Positions 19,487 through 30,755 are shown, numbered from the stretch's first letter. The stretch is DNA of 64,000 nucleotides from Bacillota bacterium (GCA_050952625.1 JBMNLH010000004.1:96001-160000); one strand, 5' to 3'. Notes: a model not told the origin generated them from the letters alone. Numbers and translations: made by a program.

Positions 19487-21217
19487 CTACCCGCTCTTCC
19501 CCGTTTTCTGGATCTTGCCCCAAGTGTCCCGCAGGGAGACGATCCGGTTAAAGACTAGGGTCTCCTTATTAGAATCGGGATCCACGCAAAAATAGCCCTG
19601 TCTTAAGAACTGGTACCGATTCCCGGGCTGGGCGTCAGCTAAACTTGGTTCGACCAGGCACTCCGTTAGTCTTTCTAACGAATTGGGATTAAGATGGGCT
19701 TTGAAATCAGCCCCCTCCTCAGCCCCCTCCGCTTCGTCGTCCGGATTTTCCACCCGGAAAAGCTGGTCATACAGACGGACCTCTGCTTTCCGGGCGTGCG
19801 CCGCGGAAACCCAGTGGGAGGTCCCTTTGACTTTTCGGCCGCTGTTGACCCCGCCGCTTTTGGAGTCCGGGTCATAGGTGCAATGGAGCTCCAGAATCTC
19901 CCCGGTTTGTTCGTCCTTGACCATCCGCTCGCACTTAATGATATAGGCACTCTTCAGCCGGATCTCTCGGCCCGGTGCGAGACGGAAAAACTTTTTCGGC
20001 GGGTTTTCCATGAAGTCTTCTTGTTCAATATAGATGGTCCGGGAAAAGGGAATCTTTCTCGTACCCATCGACGGGTTCTCCGGATTATTGTCGGTTTCCA
20101 GCCATTCCACCTGGCCTTCTGGGTAATTATCAATAATCACGCGCAAGGGACGTAAAACAGCCATCACCCGAGGGGCCCGCTGGTTTAAATCCTCCCGTAC
20201 GCAGTGCTCGAGCAGGGCAATGTCCACCACACTATTGCGCTTGGCCACCCCGATCCGCTCACAAAAATCGCGAATCGCCTCTGGGGTGTAACCCCGTCGT
20301 CGCAACCCGGAAATGGTCGGCATCCGGGGATCATCCCAGCCGTTAACGTATTGCTGCTCCACCAGTTCCCGCAGCTTCCGCTTACTCATCACAGTATAGC
20401 TCAGGTTCAGCCGGGCAAACTCAATCTGCTGGGGCCGGCCCTTAACGTCCTTAGCATAGTCGATATTAATATTGTCTAAGATCCAATCATATAACGGACG
20501 GTGGTCCTCAAATTCCAGCGTACAGATCGAATGGGTAATCCCTTCTAAAGCATCCGAAATGGGATGGGCAAAGTCATACATCGGATAAATGCACCACTGG
20601 TCACCGGTTCGGTGGTGGGTCGCCCGCAGAATTCGGTATAAGACCGGATCCCGCAGGTTAAGGTTAGGCGAAGCCATATTTATCTTGGCCCGCAGCACCC
20701 GGGAACCGTCAGGGAATTCACCAGCTCTCATTCGTTCAAATAAATCCAGGTTTTCTTCAACCGTACGGGTTCGGTATGGGCTATCCTTGCCCGGTTCGGT
20801 CAGGGTCCCCCGGTACTCCCTAATTTCCTGAGGGCTCAAGTCACAGACATAGGCCTTGCCGGCTTTAATCAGTTGGACCGCATACTTGTAAAATTTATCA
20901 AAGTAATCGGAGGCGTAAAACAATCGATCCTCCCAATCAAACCCCAGCCAACGGACATCTGCCTTGATTGACTCGACGTACTCGACCTCTTCTTTACTGG
21001 GATTGGTGTCGTCAAACCGCAGATTACACAGACCTGCGTTGGCCAAAGCCAGGCCAAAATTAAGGCAGATGGATTTAGCATGTCCGATGTGCAAATAGCC
21101 GTTCGGTTCCGGCGGAAAACGGGTATGAACCCGACCGTCGTTTTTATTATTCTTCAAGTCTTCCGTAATAATATTCTGAATGAAATTAACCGGCACGGCT
21201 GGATTATTTTCCGTCAT
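19487..21217 (-). CDS. glnS: Glutamine--tRNA ligase
   Basis: [49 protein letters not shown]; ATG at 21217 behind GAGGAG. Confidence 0.97.
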   Translation of the reverse strand: MTENNPAVPVNFIQNIITEDLKNNKNDGRVHTRFPPEPNGYLHIGHAKSICLNFGLALANAGLCNLRFDDTNPSKEEVEYVESIKADVRWLGFDWEDRLFYASDYFDKFYKYAVQLIKAGKAYVCDLSPQEIREYRGTLTEPGKDSPYRTRTVEENLDLFERMRAGEFPDGSRVLRAKINMASPNLNLRDPVLYRILRATHHRTGDQWCIYPMYDFAHPISDALEGITHSICTLEFEDHRPLYDWILDNINIDYAKDVKGRPQQIEFARLNLSYTVMSKRKLRELVEQQYVNGWDDPRMPTISGLRRRGYTPEAIRDFCERIGVAKRNSVVDIALLEHCVREDLNQRAPRVMAVLRPLRVIIDNYPEGQVEWLETDNNPENPSMGTRKIPFSRTIYIEQEDFMENPPKKFFRLAPGREIRLKSAYIIKCERMVKDEQTGEILELHCTYDPDSKSGGVNSGRKVKGTSHWVSAAHARKAEVRLYDQLFRVENPDDEAEGAEEGADFKAHLNPNSLERLTECLVEPSLADAQPGNRYQFLRQGYFCVDPDSNKETLVFNRIVSLRDTWGKIQKTGKSG

Positions 21218-21333
21218 CAAAGCCACACTCCTCATTAATTGGTGCAAAAACTGCTATTAATTAACAGTCGCATGTTTATTCGCATGTTTAATAATATAGT
21301 ATCTATAAAAATAACAGGAATATTGTCCTGTTA

Positions 21334-21667
21334 TTATATGAGTTTGCCCAACTTTTCTCTTATCTTGTTCATAACTTCAGGCTTAACCGTTCCAAACTTT
21401 TTGATAACAATACTCTGTGAAAGTGTATATATTTTATCCATTCTTACGCAGGACTTAACATGCAGATTTCCTTCTTGCATATCCTTATTTGAAATGAGAA
21501 TATTATAATCCTTTGACGTGATGTTCGAAGTTAACTGCCGCCGCAATAACATCTTCTGTTTTTCTGTTGTAGTCATTATTTGACAAAACAAGTACCGGTC
21601 TTTTCTTACTAGAGGTTAAATCACTAAATGGTATAGGAATCAGCAATATATCCCCTTGATTATACAT
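21334..21667 (-). pseudogene. PemK/MazF-family toxin, +1 frameshift near 21531
   Basis: MYNQGDILLIPIPFSDLTSSKKRPVLVLS...IAAAV, then an extra A, then TSNITSKD...KSCVRMDKIYTL in another frame. Confidence 0.85.
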
Positions 21668-21858
21668 CATTCCATACCGCATCATCAATGTCGTTATTCC
21701 AAAAACCCATACTGCTTTCACTTACCAGCTCTAAATCTTTAAATACCTGATTATCTTTTTTTGTCTTCAAATAAACTAATAAAATTAATAACTTCCGGAA
21801 TTTGGCTTTCTGGAATTTCATCTATAAGTTTTAATAAAATTTTTTTAGCGGTGTCCAT
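21660..21858 (-). pseudogene. Cognate antitoxin (DUF2281-like), +1 frameshift near 21774
   Basis: MDTAKKILLKLIDEIPESQIPEVINFIS, an extra T, then YLKTKK...SESSMGFWNNDIDDAVWNDV*; overlaps the toxin start. Confidence 0.7.
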
Positions 21859-21965
21859 ATTAACACTGCCTTCCATGACAAAATATGTAATTAAATAATT
21901 ATATTATATCATATTCAAGACATATATTATACTGGATTAATTATCAGGATAATCCTGCCTTTCCC

Positions 21966-22451
21966 TCACTTATGATAGGGTTCATTCCGCAAAATCTTAA
22001 ATCCGCGGTAAATTTGTTCTAAAAGAATTAACCGCATTAACTGATGAGGAAAAGTCAGCCGCGAAAAAGACAACCGTAAATCTGCCCGCTCCAGTACCTT
22101 TGGGTCAAGCCCCAGGGTGCCACCGATAACCCAATTAATCTCACTTTGCCCCCGCAACATAGTTGCCTGCAGCCAGTGAGCCAGTTCCTCGGAGGAAAAG
22201 CTTTGCCCCTGACGGTCCAGGGCCACGACTACTCCGGTACCAGGTGACCCGAGATACTTTAAAATTCCCTCACCTTCCCTGGCCAAAACTATCTGCTCTT
22301 CGGCTGAGGAAGCCCCTTCCGGAATTCTTTGATCTGGTATTTCGACCAGCTGCACCCGGGTATAAGCCTGCAGACGTTTAACGTATTCGGCTACCCCGTC
22401 TCGCAGGTACTTCTCCTTTAACTTACCGACAGTGATGAGACGAATTAACAT
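21966..22451 (-). CDS. rlmH: 23S rRNA pseudouridine-1915 N3-methyltransferase
   Basis: ITVGKLKEKY, IGGTLGL, SRLTFPHQLMRLILLEQIYRGFKILRNEPYHK. Confidence 0.97.
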   Translation of the reverse strand: MLIRLITVGKLKEKYLRDGVAEYVKRLQAYTRVQLVEIPDQRIPEGASSAEEQIVLAREGEGILKYLGSPGTGVVVALDRQGQSFSSEELAHWLQATMLRGQSEINWVIGGTLGLDPKVLERADLRLSFSRLTFPHQLMRLILLEQIYRGFKILRNEPYHK

Positions 22452-22508
22452 CAGGATATCCTTCCTAAACCAAAGGTTTAGTGTCATTATAACAAAGAGT
22501 AGGATAGG

Positions 22509-22580
22509 GGGACAGGTTTACTGTCCCGGTGAGAAAGTTAATCGGTAGTATGGAGACAGGGGGGACAGGCTAACTGTCCA
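22509..22580. repeat. Two GGGACAG-N5-CTGTCC REP-like palindromes
   Basis: gggacaggtttactgtccc and gggacaggctaactgtcc; same motif at 1256, 39119, 56291, 63921. Confidence 0.7.
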
Positions 22581-22657
22581 GGTGATCGTGAAGAAACGAA
22601 GAGTGAAAAAAGAATGGAATAATGGATTTCCATAATCTGCGGCCGAACTATAATTTT

Positions 22658-22725
22658 GGAAGCAAAAGAACCGTCAGACTGCTTCCTTTAATCGGTGGAA
22701 GCAAAAGGACCGTCCCCTTGCTTCC
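22658..22725. repeat. Two tandem ggaagca-aaag(a/g)accgtc-tgcttcc hairpins
   Basis: Direct visual match; shares the accgtcccc core with 9750-9775 and 25412-25425. Confidence 0.65.
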
Positions 22726-23889
22726 TTACCCCTCAAGGCGGCCCAATATGACCGGGATTACCATTTCCTCATAGGCGTCTCGGCCAATCGCTCTTTTCTC
22801 CCGAATCACTTTGACCTGAACGGTATCTCCGACTTGGCGTTGGGAGATAGCGGTCCGAATTTCTTCGGCGGTCCGGATTACCTGATCATCAACGGCAATG
22901 ATAATATCCATATGGCGCAGGCCGGCCTTATCCGCTGGACTAGTCGGATGAACCTCTATCACGACACCATAGTCCACCGGCAGATGGTAATAGGCCGCTG
23001 CTTCTGCCGTGACTTCTCCCTTTAAGGTCACGCCAAGGGCCGGCCGAACGACCTCTTTATGTTGAATCAAGGAGGCAATGACTTGCTTAACCTGATTGCT
23101 GGGGATGGCAAACCCCATTCCTTCAAACCCGGGCATGGCAATCTTGACTGAGTTGATACCAATAACTTCTCCTCGGCTATTAATCAGGGCACCGCCACTG
23201 TTGCCGGGGTTAATCGCCGCATCAGTTTGCAGCAAGGGATAAGCACTACCTTCATCACCGCTGAGTTTTCGGTTGATGCCGCTGATTACGCCGACAGTAA
23301 CGGACCGGGCAAACCGCATGCCCAGAGGATTGCCAATTGCCACGGCTGTTTCTCCAACACTAACCTGATCAGAATCACCAAACGCAGCGGCAATTAAATT
23401 AGGGGCTTGGACCTGGAGAACCGCTAAGTCAGTGTGGGAATCCTTGCCGATAATTTCCGCGGGAATCTCCCGGCCGTCAGCCAGGGTTACCAAAATCCGG
23501 CTTGCCCCCTCGACCACGTGGTTGTTCGTCACAATATACCCATTTTGGGCATCGAAAATCACCCCGGACCCGGTTACCTCATCACCGGTCCGTGATAACA
23601 GCCCGTCAGTCGGAATACTAGTAATTCCGGTTACCGCTGGAGACATTTTCTGGGCAATGGACACCACCGGATTAGCGGCCTGCTTCTCGGCTTGGTTTAC
23701 TAAGTTTGGCGTTATAGAACCAGAGGAATTAAAAAGGTCGATTTGCGGCTTCTTTTGGGATTCCGGCAAGGATTGAAGCAACCAGCCGCCCGCGATAATC
23801 AACCCGGCTGCGACTAAAACTAGCGGTAAAAAACGATGTTTCTTGCCCTCTGGTTGTTTCCCGGGTGATTGATTTTTCTCTTGTTCCAA
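22726..23889 (-). CDS. htrA: HtrA/DegP-family serine protease with PDZ domain
   Basis: GSGVI, TNNHV, TDLAV, QTDAAINPGNSGG; N-terminal TM helix; next to rlmH as in Bacillota. Confidence 0.93.
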   Translation of the reverse strand: MEQEKNQSPGKQPEGKKHRFLPLVLVAAGLIIAGGWLLQSLPESQKKPQIDLFNSSGSITPNLVNQAEKQAANPVVSIAQKMSPAVTGITSIPTDGLLSRTGDEVTGSGVIFDAQNGYIVTNNHVVEGASRILVTLADGREIPAEIIGKDSHTDLAVLQVQAPNLIAAAFGDSDQVSVGETAVAIGNPLGMRFARSVTVGVISGINRKLSGDEGSAYPLLQTDAAINPGNSGGALINSRGEVIGINSVKIAMPGFEGMGFAIPSNQVKQVIASLIQHKEVVRPALGVTLKGEVTAEAAAYYHLPVDYGVVIEVHPTSPADKAGLRHMDIIIAVDDQVIRTAEEIRTAISQRQVGDTVQVKVIREKRAIGRDAYEEMVIPVILGRLEG

Positions 23890-23980
23890 CCGTTACCACC
23901 TGCCTCACTAAGTTAAGTTAAAATGTTTAGATTATAGAGTTAAGCCAAATGCGCTATTAGTTTGCCCATTTATTGATCAG

Positions 23981-24017
23981 AAAAATAACCCGAGTGACTT
24001 TATTCAATCACTCGGGT
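23981..24017 (-). terminator. Terminator after murA
   Basis: acccgagtga...tcactcgggt hairpin with T-run on the minus strand. Confidence 0.7.
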
Positions 24018-24063
24018 ACACAGCTCAACCATTGATCACAACAACTTAATGATTGGGGATAGG

Positions 24064-25314
24064 TTAGATCAATTGAAGGTCGGCACCAATTGAGGTGAAT
24101 TTTTCAACCAGGTTTTCATAACCGCGGAAAATATGATGGATCTGGCTGATTTCCGTCTCTCCTTCCGCCGCTAAAGCAGCTAGGACTAGGGCTGCTCCGG
24201 CCCGCAGATCACTGGCCTTGACGCAGGTCCCAAACAGTCGCGGGACCCCCTTAACCACTGCCGTATGGCCTTCAACCTTGATTCTGGCCCCCATCCGTTT
24301 CAGTTCATCCGCTACTTGAAAACGGTTTTCAAAAACGTTTTCCACTATAACACTGGTTCCCTCTGCCAAACTAAGCAAAGACATGAACTGTGACTGCATA
24401 TCCGTTGGAAACCCCGGATAGGGCATGGTTTTTAGGTCAACGGCGATTATGCGTGACGCGCCGATAACTTCGATGCAGTCTCCTTTTTCCCTCACCTTAG
24501 TCCCTGACTCGCGTAGTTTGGCAATAATCGGCTGAACATGAGTCGGGATAACGTTCTCCAAGACTACTTGTCCCCGGGTAATCGCGGCAGCGGTCATAAA
24601 GGTCCCGACTTCAATGCGGTCCGGGATGACCGCGTGCCGGATTCCTTTAAGTTCAGGGACCCCCTCAATTTTAATCACATCAGTGCCAGTCCCCCGAATT
24701 CTCGCCCCCATAGCATTTAAAAAGTTGGCCAAATCGACGACCTCCGGTTCTTTGGCCGCGTTCTCAATAATGGTCTGACCCGGAACAACTGAGGCCGCCA
24801 TCATAATGTTTTCGGTGGCCCCGACACTAGGAAAATCCAGATAGATATCCCGGCCATGCAAAGTACCGGCCCGCGCCTTAATAAATCCGTGCTCCAATCG
24901 GGTCTCAAACCCCAGCAACTGCAGCCCCTTGAGGTGCAGATCCATTGGTCGGGAGCCAATGTTACAACCTCCGGGGAGACTGATATCGGCGACTCCTTTT
25001 CGACCGGCCATCGAACCCAGCAAAAGGTTCGACGCCCGCAGTAATTTAGCTTTTTCATAGGGGGTGCGATGATTAATATTATCTGGAACCCGGATGCTGA
25101 CAGTGTCGTCCGTTAACCAGTTAGCTTCTGCCCCTAGACCGCGCAAGATATCCAACAGAATTTCAACGTCCTGGATATGGGGCACATTTTCAATAATACT
25201 CTCTCCCCGTGCCAAAACACTGGCCGCAATAACTACAAGGGCCGCATTTTTTGCCCCGCTTATCCTGACCTTGCCGGTGAGAGGCCGACCGCCTATCACC
25301 CTGATCTTATTCAA
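24064..25314 (-). CDS. murA: UDP-N-acetylglucosamine 1-carboxyvinyltransferase
   Basis: [44 protein letters not shown]. Confidence 0.97.
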   Translation of the reverse strand: MNKIRVIGGRPLTGKVRISGAKNAALVVIAASVLARGESIIENVPHIQDVEILLDILRGLGAEANWLTDDTVSIRVPDNINHRTPYEKAKLLRASNLLLGSMAGRKGVADISLPGGCNIGSRPMDLHLKGLQLLGFETRLEHGFIKARAGTLHGRDIYLDFPSVGATENIMMAASVVPGQTIIENAAKEPEVVDLANFLNAMGARIRGTGTDVIKIEGVPELKGIRHAVIPDRIEVGTFMTAAAITRGQVVLENVIPTHVQPIIAKLRESGTKVREKGDCIEVIGASRIIAVDLKTMPYPGFPTDMQSQFMSLLSLAEGTSVIVENVFENRFQVADELKRMGARIKVEGHTAVVKGVPRLFGTCVKASDLRAGAALVLAALAAEGETEISQIHHIFRGYENLVEKFTSIGADLQLI

Positions 25315-25499
25315 CGCGGTTTTCCCCCTTTTATTTATTAAATAGCCTGTACACTTTTATAATTCTATTCATTTGCCGGGGTAATTATATCACCCGGATG
25401 AACCAAAACCAAGGGGACGGTTCTTCCGGCTGGCGATTTCGTTCTTCTTCCGGCTGCGGACAGGTTAAGTACTCTAAATAATAATAACGATAATCATAA

Positions 25500-25540
25500 C
25501 GCTTGTGTTTTAACTCGGTCTGCTGGCTAAGCTAGCCAGG
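25500..25540. repeat. Terminal fragment of repeat family A
   Basis: cgcttgtgttttaactcggtctgc matches the TIR at 42696. Confidence 0.7.
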
Positions 25541-25672
25541 CAAATGTGATCCAAGTCACAACCGCTTGTCTTAACAAGTTATCTAAGCGAAATTGTCCTA
25601 TATATCACATTTCTTGTCAAGTTCTTGGGATTAACAAAAATAGACATGTCTAAAAGCTGCCACAAACTGTCG

Positions 25673-26659
25673 TTAATTGTTGTGGGCAATGCTCTCCCGC
25701 GCGGCTTGATCGGCGGCCCAGGCTCGAAAATCGGCATCAAATTGCGCCAAATCCGCCCCGGTCGTCTGCTTTAGGGCCTGGTTAATGTGCTCACCCTGAC
25801 TCAAGCACTTAATAATTTGGCTCAGGCATTCCGAGCTATACACTGTATTGATATACTTTACCGCCATAAGCGACTCCCAGTAGGCCAACATCTGATTCGG
25901 CAGATAGTCAAAGCCGGTATCCATCTCTTTTAGCGGATAGAGTTCCTGGTAAACCCACTCCTGCCACTCTTGGCCCCTCGGTTCTGCGATACTCTTGGGT
26001 TCAAAACGCTGTTGACTTGACCGGCAACTTTGTTGATAAAGTTCCGTAAATGGGTTTGAAAAAGCAAAACCGGTTAACTTCTTTTCTTCCCACTGCGCAA
26101 CTCCTTCGGTAAACCAGCGTGGATAATTCCCCCCGGTCAAGTAGTCGATTACATAATGGGTATATTCATGAGATATCGGCCCGGTAGTCCGAAAAATTTC
26201 CGGGTCGATTTTTCCCTCATCTGAAGTTGCCCAGGCACTTGGGGATAGAATCCTGATTGACCCAACCCAATACACGCCTAGAGCTCCTTCATCCGCCGGC
26301 CAACCAAAACTACCGGTCAAAGAATCATTGGTTGGGTAAATTATTATCGGCACTTTTCGATTCGGTTCATATCCCAGGTTTTGATTGATGGGGTCATAGA
26401 TTTCTTCGGCGATTGCCAGGACCAAGGCGGCTGCCTCGGCATCCCTTTCCCCGTATCTCACCCGAAAATGCTCACTCTCCATCAGATGTTGTCCTCGGTG
26501 TTGAAAATCCAAAGCAATTCGGCTTCCTTCGCGAAAAACTGTATAAAAAGCACTTCTAATCGTTCCTGGATTACGAAGCCAGGAAAAAACTAGAACGAGT
26601 ACTCCAGTAAGTACCAGACAGTAATGAATCCAACGATTCCCTCTCCATCTCTCTGTCAT
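25673..26659 (-). CDS. Peptidase MA-family (HEXXH) metallohydrolase, N-terminally anchored
   Basis: HEYTH...YPRWFTEGVAQ; N-terminal hydrophobic helix. Confidence 0.8.
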   Translation of the reverse strand: MTERWRGNRWIHYCLVLTGVLVLVFSWLRNPGTIRSAFYTVFREGSRIALDFQHRGQHLMESEHFRVRYGERDAEAAALVLAIAEEIYDPINQNLGYEPNRKVPIIIYPTNDSLTGSFGWPADEGALGVYWVGSIRILSPSAWATSDEGKIDPEIFRTTGPISHEYTHYVIDYLTGGNYPRWFTEGVAQWEEKKLTGFAFSNPFTELYQQSCRSSQQRFEPKSIAEPRGQEWQEWVYQELYPLKEMDTGFDYLPNQMLAYWESLMAVKYINTVYSSECLSQIIKCLSQGEHINQALKQTTGADLAQFDADFRAWAADQAARESIAHNN

Positions 26660-26819
26660 GGGTCCCCACCCCCGAGAGGATTATACCAAAGAGATAGGAG
26701 GAAGTGACCTTGAAATTTCCACCAAATATAACACCCCCCCACTTTCAGGAAAGCAGGGGGGTTAACCCTCAAGAGTTTTATCTTAGTTCGGTTCGTAAGG
26801 CCCCTATTTAATGAAGAGG

Positions 26820-26975
26820 TTGCCTTGAAGTGGATTACCTAGTTAAGCTTCGGATGGAATTCAGTTTCTACCTGATGCTTGATTTACCTTTATGTTCATC
26901 AGCACGAACCCTTTCGCGATCACATTCAGTTTCTACCTGATGCCTGATTTACAGCAGGCTCGATGAGTTCACTTT
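26820..26975. repeat. Degenerate, internally duplicated copy of repeat family B
   Basis: attcagtttctacctgatgc(t/c)tgatttac occurs twice; ends gatgagttcact like the 35620 region. Confidence 0.5.
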
Positions 26976-26998
26976 ACAATCACACCCAATTAACTTAA

Positions 26999-28393
26999 TT
27001 AACCCAGATAACGCTTGGGATTAACCGGATTACCATTGACCAGAACTTCAAAGTGAAGATGCGAACCGGTACTGCGTCCCGTACTGCCGACTCGACCTAT
27101 AACCTCACCTTTGCTTACGCGTTGCCCAACTTTAACATTAATGGAGGAGCAATGAGCATAGCGGGTGACAATGCCATTTCCGTGATTAACGGTAATCATC
27201 TTACCATAACCACCCTCCCAACCGGCTCCAGTCACTTTGCCATCATCCGCGGCGCGAATGGCATCGCCGGTGTTGCCATTGATATCCATCCCCGTGTGGA
27301 ATTCGCGGCCGCGGTAGCCATAGGCTGACGTAATCCCCCCGCGCAATGGCCAAGCTAGTTGTCCGCTACCGGCTGAATAAGTTCCGCTATCCGAGCCACG
27401 CGAAGCTACAGCAACTCGAGTTCCTTGCAGGACAATTTCTTTTACTGGCTCCTGAACAATGGTCTCGTTTAAGATGTTTTCTTCTATCGTCAGGTCATTG
27501 TGCCGAACAATCTGGTAGGTAACTTCGCGTTTTCCCGGCACTCCCTTCTGTTCGATGTGCCGGTAACCACGCAGCTTATCGTCAGTCTGCTTTGTTTCTA
27601 CCGGATAATTAATCGACTCAATGGCCGTCTTTTCTAAGGTAACCGCAACTGTAAGCAACGGCTTTGGGCCTACTAGGCGCAACGTCTGACCTACAGACAG
27701 CTTATCAGATTTCAGTTCCGGGTTGGCATCCATAAGATCTTGAACCCTTAGATCATTAGCCCTGGCGATCAGCCAAAGGCAATCACCCTCTTGAACAGTA
27801 TATGTAATTACTTCCTCCTTACCGGAACGAATAAGTAATTCTGCCTCTTCGGGTGTAAGCACTTCTTCTACCGATACTTGCACTGGTTCACAAGTGACTG
27901 TTTCCAAAAAGGAAACTTCTTTAATCTCCACATTTTCTACTGGCGTAGTATATAAATCTTTGTATTGCTCTAAAACTTGGGTGGCCGCTTGTTCATCAGC
28001 CACTACCGCACAGGTCTCTCCGTTAGCTTTGATCGCTATTGCTTTGGCAACATAATTCATTTGAGATAACCGGGCCACTAAGTCTGCCTGATCTAATGTA
28101 TCACCGACCAACAGTTTGCTCTTGAACTGGACTTCCCCACACAATTCCACCGTCTGACCGCCAAGGGCTTCACTCTTAGCTTTGGTGACCTCCGCAAGAG
28201 CTGATTTGAATACATCCTGGTTAGCGACTACGCCAATTACTTCCCCGTTTAGGATTACTTCCTGCGGGCCATTCATGTAAGCCAAGGCAACAGAAGGGAA
28301 TATTATCACCATCGCTAGAACCAAGGCCAGGATCTTGTTGTTAACCCTCATCCTCTCCCTAAAATGGACAAGAGTTGACCACGCCCCTCCCAT
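26999..28393 (-). CDS. LysM-G5-M23 peptidoglycan endopeptidase
   Basis: YTVQEGDCLW (LysM), G5-like GVPG.REVTY, M23 HTGMDI, YAHC, STGSHLHFEV; start uncertain. Confidence 0.92.
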   Translation of the reverse strand: MGGAWSTLVHFRERMRVNNKILALVLAMVIIFPSVALAYMNGPQEVILNGEVIGVVANQDVFKSALAEVTKAKSEALGGQTVELCGEVQFKSKLLVGDTLDQADLVARLSQMNYVAKAIAIKANGETCAVVADEQAATQVLEQYKDLYTTPVENVEIKEVSFLETVTCEPVQVSVEEVLTPEEAELLIRSGKEEVITYTVQEGDCLWLIARANDLRVQDLMDANPELKSDKLSVGQTLRLVGPKPLLTVAVTLEKTAIESINYPVETKQTDDKLRGYRHIEQKGVPGKREVTYQIVRHNDLTIEENILNETIVQEPVKEIVLQGTRVAVASRGSDSGTYSAGSGQLAWPLRGGITSAYGYRGREFHTGMDINGNTGDAIRAADDGKVTGAGWEGGYGKMITVNHGNGIVTRYAHCSSINVKVGQRVSKGEVIGRVGSTGRSTGSHLHFEVLVNGNPVNPKRYLG

Positions 28394-28529
28394 ACATCTA
28401 CTCCTTTCCTTATCGGTCGCCATAATACGCTGTTTTCAACCGACGGGTGATAACCTGATTATAGCATCAAAGTTGTTGGTCGCCAATCCCCTAAAATGGG
28501 ATAACTTGTTCAAATCACCAAGGTATTCT

Positions 28530-30041
28530 TCATCCGTCGGCTGGTTCTCCTTTTTGGATCAAACGTCTAGCCTGATAGTAAATGGCTGCTTCCAGGCGCT
28601 TTTTTTGAATTGAGCAACCCAGGGTATACGGCTGGTAAATCGTGTTATTAAAGGATTCTGCATTAGCGTGGCAGCCACCGCCACAATAAAACCGGGCCCA
28701 GCACCCGGCACAGACTGATTTGCCGTAAATGTGCGCATTTTGAAAATGCGCCATTTTGGCTAAATCTAAATCGTCATTTTTCAACACATTTCCTAACAGA
28801 TAGGCCGGTCGGCCGACAAACTGATGACAGGGGTAAATATCCCCTTCCGGGGTGATGGCTACGTATTCAAAACCCGCACCACACCCTTTAAGCCTCTTAG
28901 GCAGACACGGTCCGTGATCCAGGCTAAGGTCAAAGTGGAAAAAGTTAAAACCACTTCCCTCTCGTTCTCTTGCTTCAATCGCCTTGGCCAGACGATCATA
29001 TTCCGCAAAAATCTGCGGCAGGTCTTCTTCGCGGAGGGCATAATCTGCTGGTTCAGCAATAACAACCGGTTCGACCGACACCCGCTTAAACCCCTGATCC
29101 GCCAGATGTAGGACATCGTTGGCAAAGTCAAGGTTAAAGCGGGTATAGGTCCCTCTGACGTAGTAATCTTGATCTAGCTGCCGGGATTCAGTGAGAGCTT
29201 TGATGGGGGGCAGCACTGCGTCGTAACTCCCGCTGCCATCAGCAAAAACGCGTAGCCGGTCATGGACGGCCGGCCGGCCATCGAGACTCAGAACCACACT
29301 GATCTTTTGCTGATTAAGATATTCCTGAATATCAGCATCTAGGAGAACCGCATTGGTTGTTAACGTAAAATGGATCAGTTTGCCCTTTTCTTGTTCGAGT
29401 TGCCGACCATACTCCACTATTTGCTTGACTACCTCGAAATTGAGCAGGGGTTCCCCACCGAAAAAATCTACTTCGCAGTGTTTGCGGTTGGCAGAATGCG
29501 CCACCAAAAAATCCAGAGCCGCTTTACCTACCGCAAACGGCATTAGTTTACAGCCGCCGCCAAAGTTACCGCTGGAGGCAAAACAGTAACTGCAACGCAA
29601 GTTGCAATCATGGGCCACGTTTAAGCAGAGCGATTTGATGACTGGGTTTTGGCTCGGTTCCCCGGCCGGCACCGTCTTGGATTCAGGATTAACCAACGCC
29701 GGAACCGGGCTTGCTAATTCGGGAGATACGGTTTCCCGCCATTGATCCCGGTTAAATAGGGTTCCCTCTTGGGCCAGCTCCGCCAATTCCAAAACCGCTT
29801 CTTCCAGCTCTTCTCGGGCATATTTACCCTCTCTGGCGCAATCGGTCAGATCCGCCAAGGCCTGCCCCAGATTACCTTGCCGTTTTTCCAACGTCTCCAG
29901 CAGATCCCACGCCACTGGATCAACGGCGTGGATCGAACCGGAAACAACGTCTACGACCAACCGTAATTCGCCCTGCCTGAACCGGTGCTGATCCGCAGAA
30001 AAATTATAATTTCCCAGTTCGGGAAAGGTTTTAAACACCAA
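28530..30041 (-). CDS. scfB: SCIFF (ranthipeptide) radical SAM/SPASM maturase
   Basis: VVDVVSGSIH, KSLCLNVAHDCNLRCSYC, GCGAG.EY, YPCHQF, CAGCWARFYCGGGC. Confidence 0.95.
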   Translation of the reverse strand: MVFKTFPELGNYNFSADQHRFRQGELRLVVDVVSGSIHAVDPVAWDLLETLEKRQGNLGQALADLTDCAREGKYAREELEEAVLELAELAQEGTLFNRDQWRETVSPELASPVPALVNPESKTVPAGEPSQNPVIKSLCLNVAHDCNLRCSYCFASSGNFGGGCKLMPFAVGKAALDFLVAHSANRKHCEVDFFGGEPLLNFEVVKQIVEYGRQLEQEKGKLIHFTLTTNAVLLDADIQEYLNQQKISVVLSLDGRPAVHDRLRVFADGSGSYDAVLPPIKALTESRQLDQDYYVRGTYTRFNLDFANDVLHLADQGFKRVSVEPVVIAEPADYALREEDLPQIFAEYDRLAKAIEAREREGSGFNFFHFDLSLDHGPCLPKRLKGCGAGFEYVAITPEGDIYPCHQFVGRPAYLLGNVLKNDDLDLAKMAHFQNAHIYGKSVCAGCWARFYCGGGCHANAESFNNTIYQPYTLGCSIQKKRLEAAIYYQARRLIQKGEPADG

Positions 30042-30120
30042 AATCCCTCCGGTTACCTATCATGATAAGATTTAACATAATCGGATTAATTGTAACACTT
30101 TTCGAGCCCATATGGGGCAT

Positions 30121-30150
30121 AAAAAATGACTCCCTTGAGAGTCATTTTAT
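30121..30150. terminator. Hairpin terminator between scfA and scfB
   Basis: aaaatgactc-ccttga-gagtcatttt. Confidence 0.65.
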
Positions 30151-30231
30151 TCCATTGCTATATAATTTATTAACCATTCCTGCCCCAAGGACACACCACT
30201 GTCACAACCACTGTCATAATAGCGGACATAG

Positions 30232-30300
30232 GTCATCCTGAGCGTTAGCGAAGGATCCTGCTTCTCGGGGCGGGAAGGATTCTTCGCTGCGCTCAGAATT
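30232..30300. repeat. GTCATCCTGAGCG...CGCTCAGAAT palindromic element
   Basis: gtcatcctgagcgttagcgaaggatcc...ggattcttcgctgcgctcagaat. Confidence 0.7.
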
Positions 30301-30396
30301 ATCATGCTTGGCCGCACCACGATAAACGAAAATAATTATATTCATAGCAATGACACGATATTAAAACTATTTTTACTAGGTCTCAAGTTGCAAAAT

Positions 30397-30543
30397 TTAT
30401 TTCTGACAGACCTGATTACCCACCGTACATGATGTTTTGCAAGCTGATTGACAGGAAGCCTGACACTCACCGCAACCGCCGGTCTTGGTTGATAGATTTA
30501 AGGCTGGTTTGATCAGGGTTTGGACGTGCTTTTTCTGAGTCAA
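30397..30543 (-). CDS. scfA: Six-cysteine SCIFF precursor peptide (48 aa; absent from the ORF track)
   Basis: Manual translation MTQKKHVQTLIKPALNLSTKTGGCGECQASCQSACKTSCTVGNQVCQK; TTG start after GGGGG RBS; next to scfB. Confidence 0.96.
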   Translation of the reverse strand: MTQKKHVQTLIKPALNLSTKTGGCGECQASCQSACKTSCTVGNQVCQK

Positions 30544-30755
30544 GATTTTTCCCCCTTCCAAAAATTATAGTAATCATTATAGCATATTCCCCATTCGAGT
30601 TAAACCATTCCTATCAGCTTCTGCCCTAAAACAACTATGTGGGACATGTGGGACACTGTTTTGATGATGCTTTCTAGCGGTATAAAAGTGAATCTACCAT
30701 GAAATACAGAAAACCTCTCTGTTAATGTTAATGAGAGAGGTCGCGAGATACGTTT

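Noticed and set aside
19487-21217. GlnRS as a novelty in a Gram-positive
   Set aside because: glnS is well known in Clostridia.
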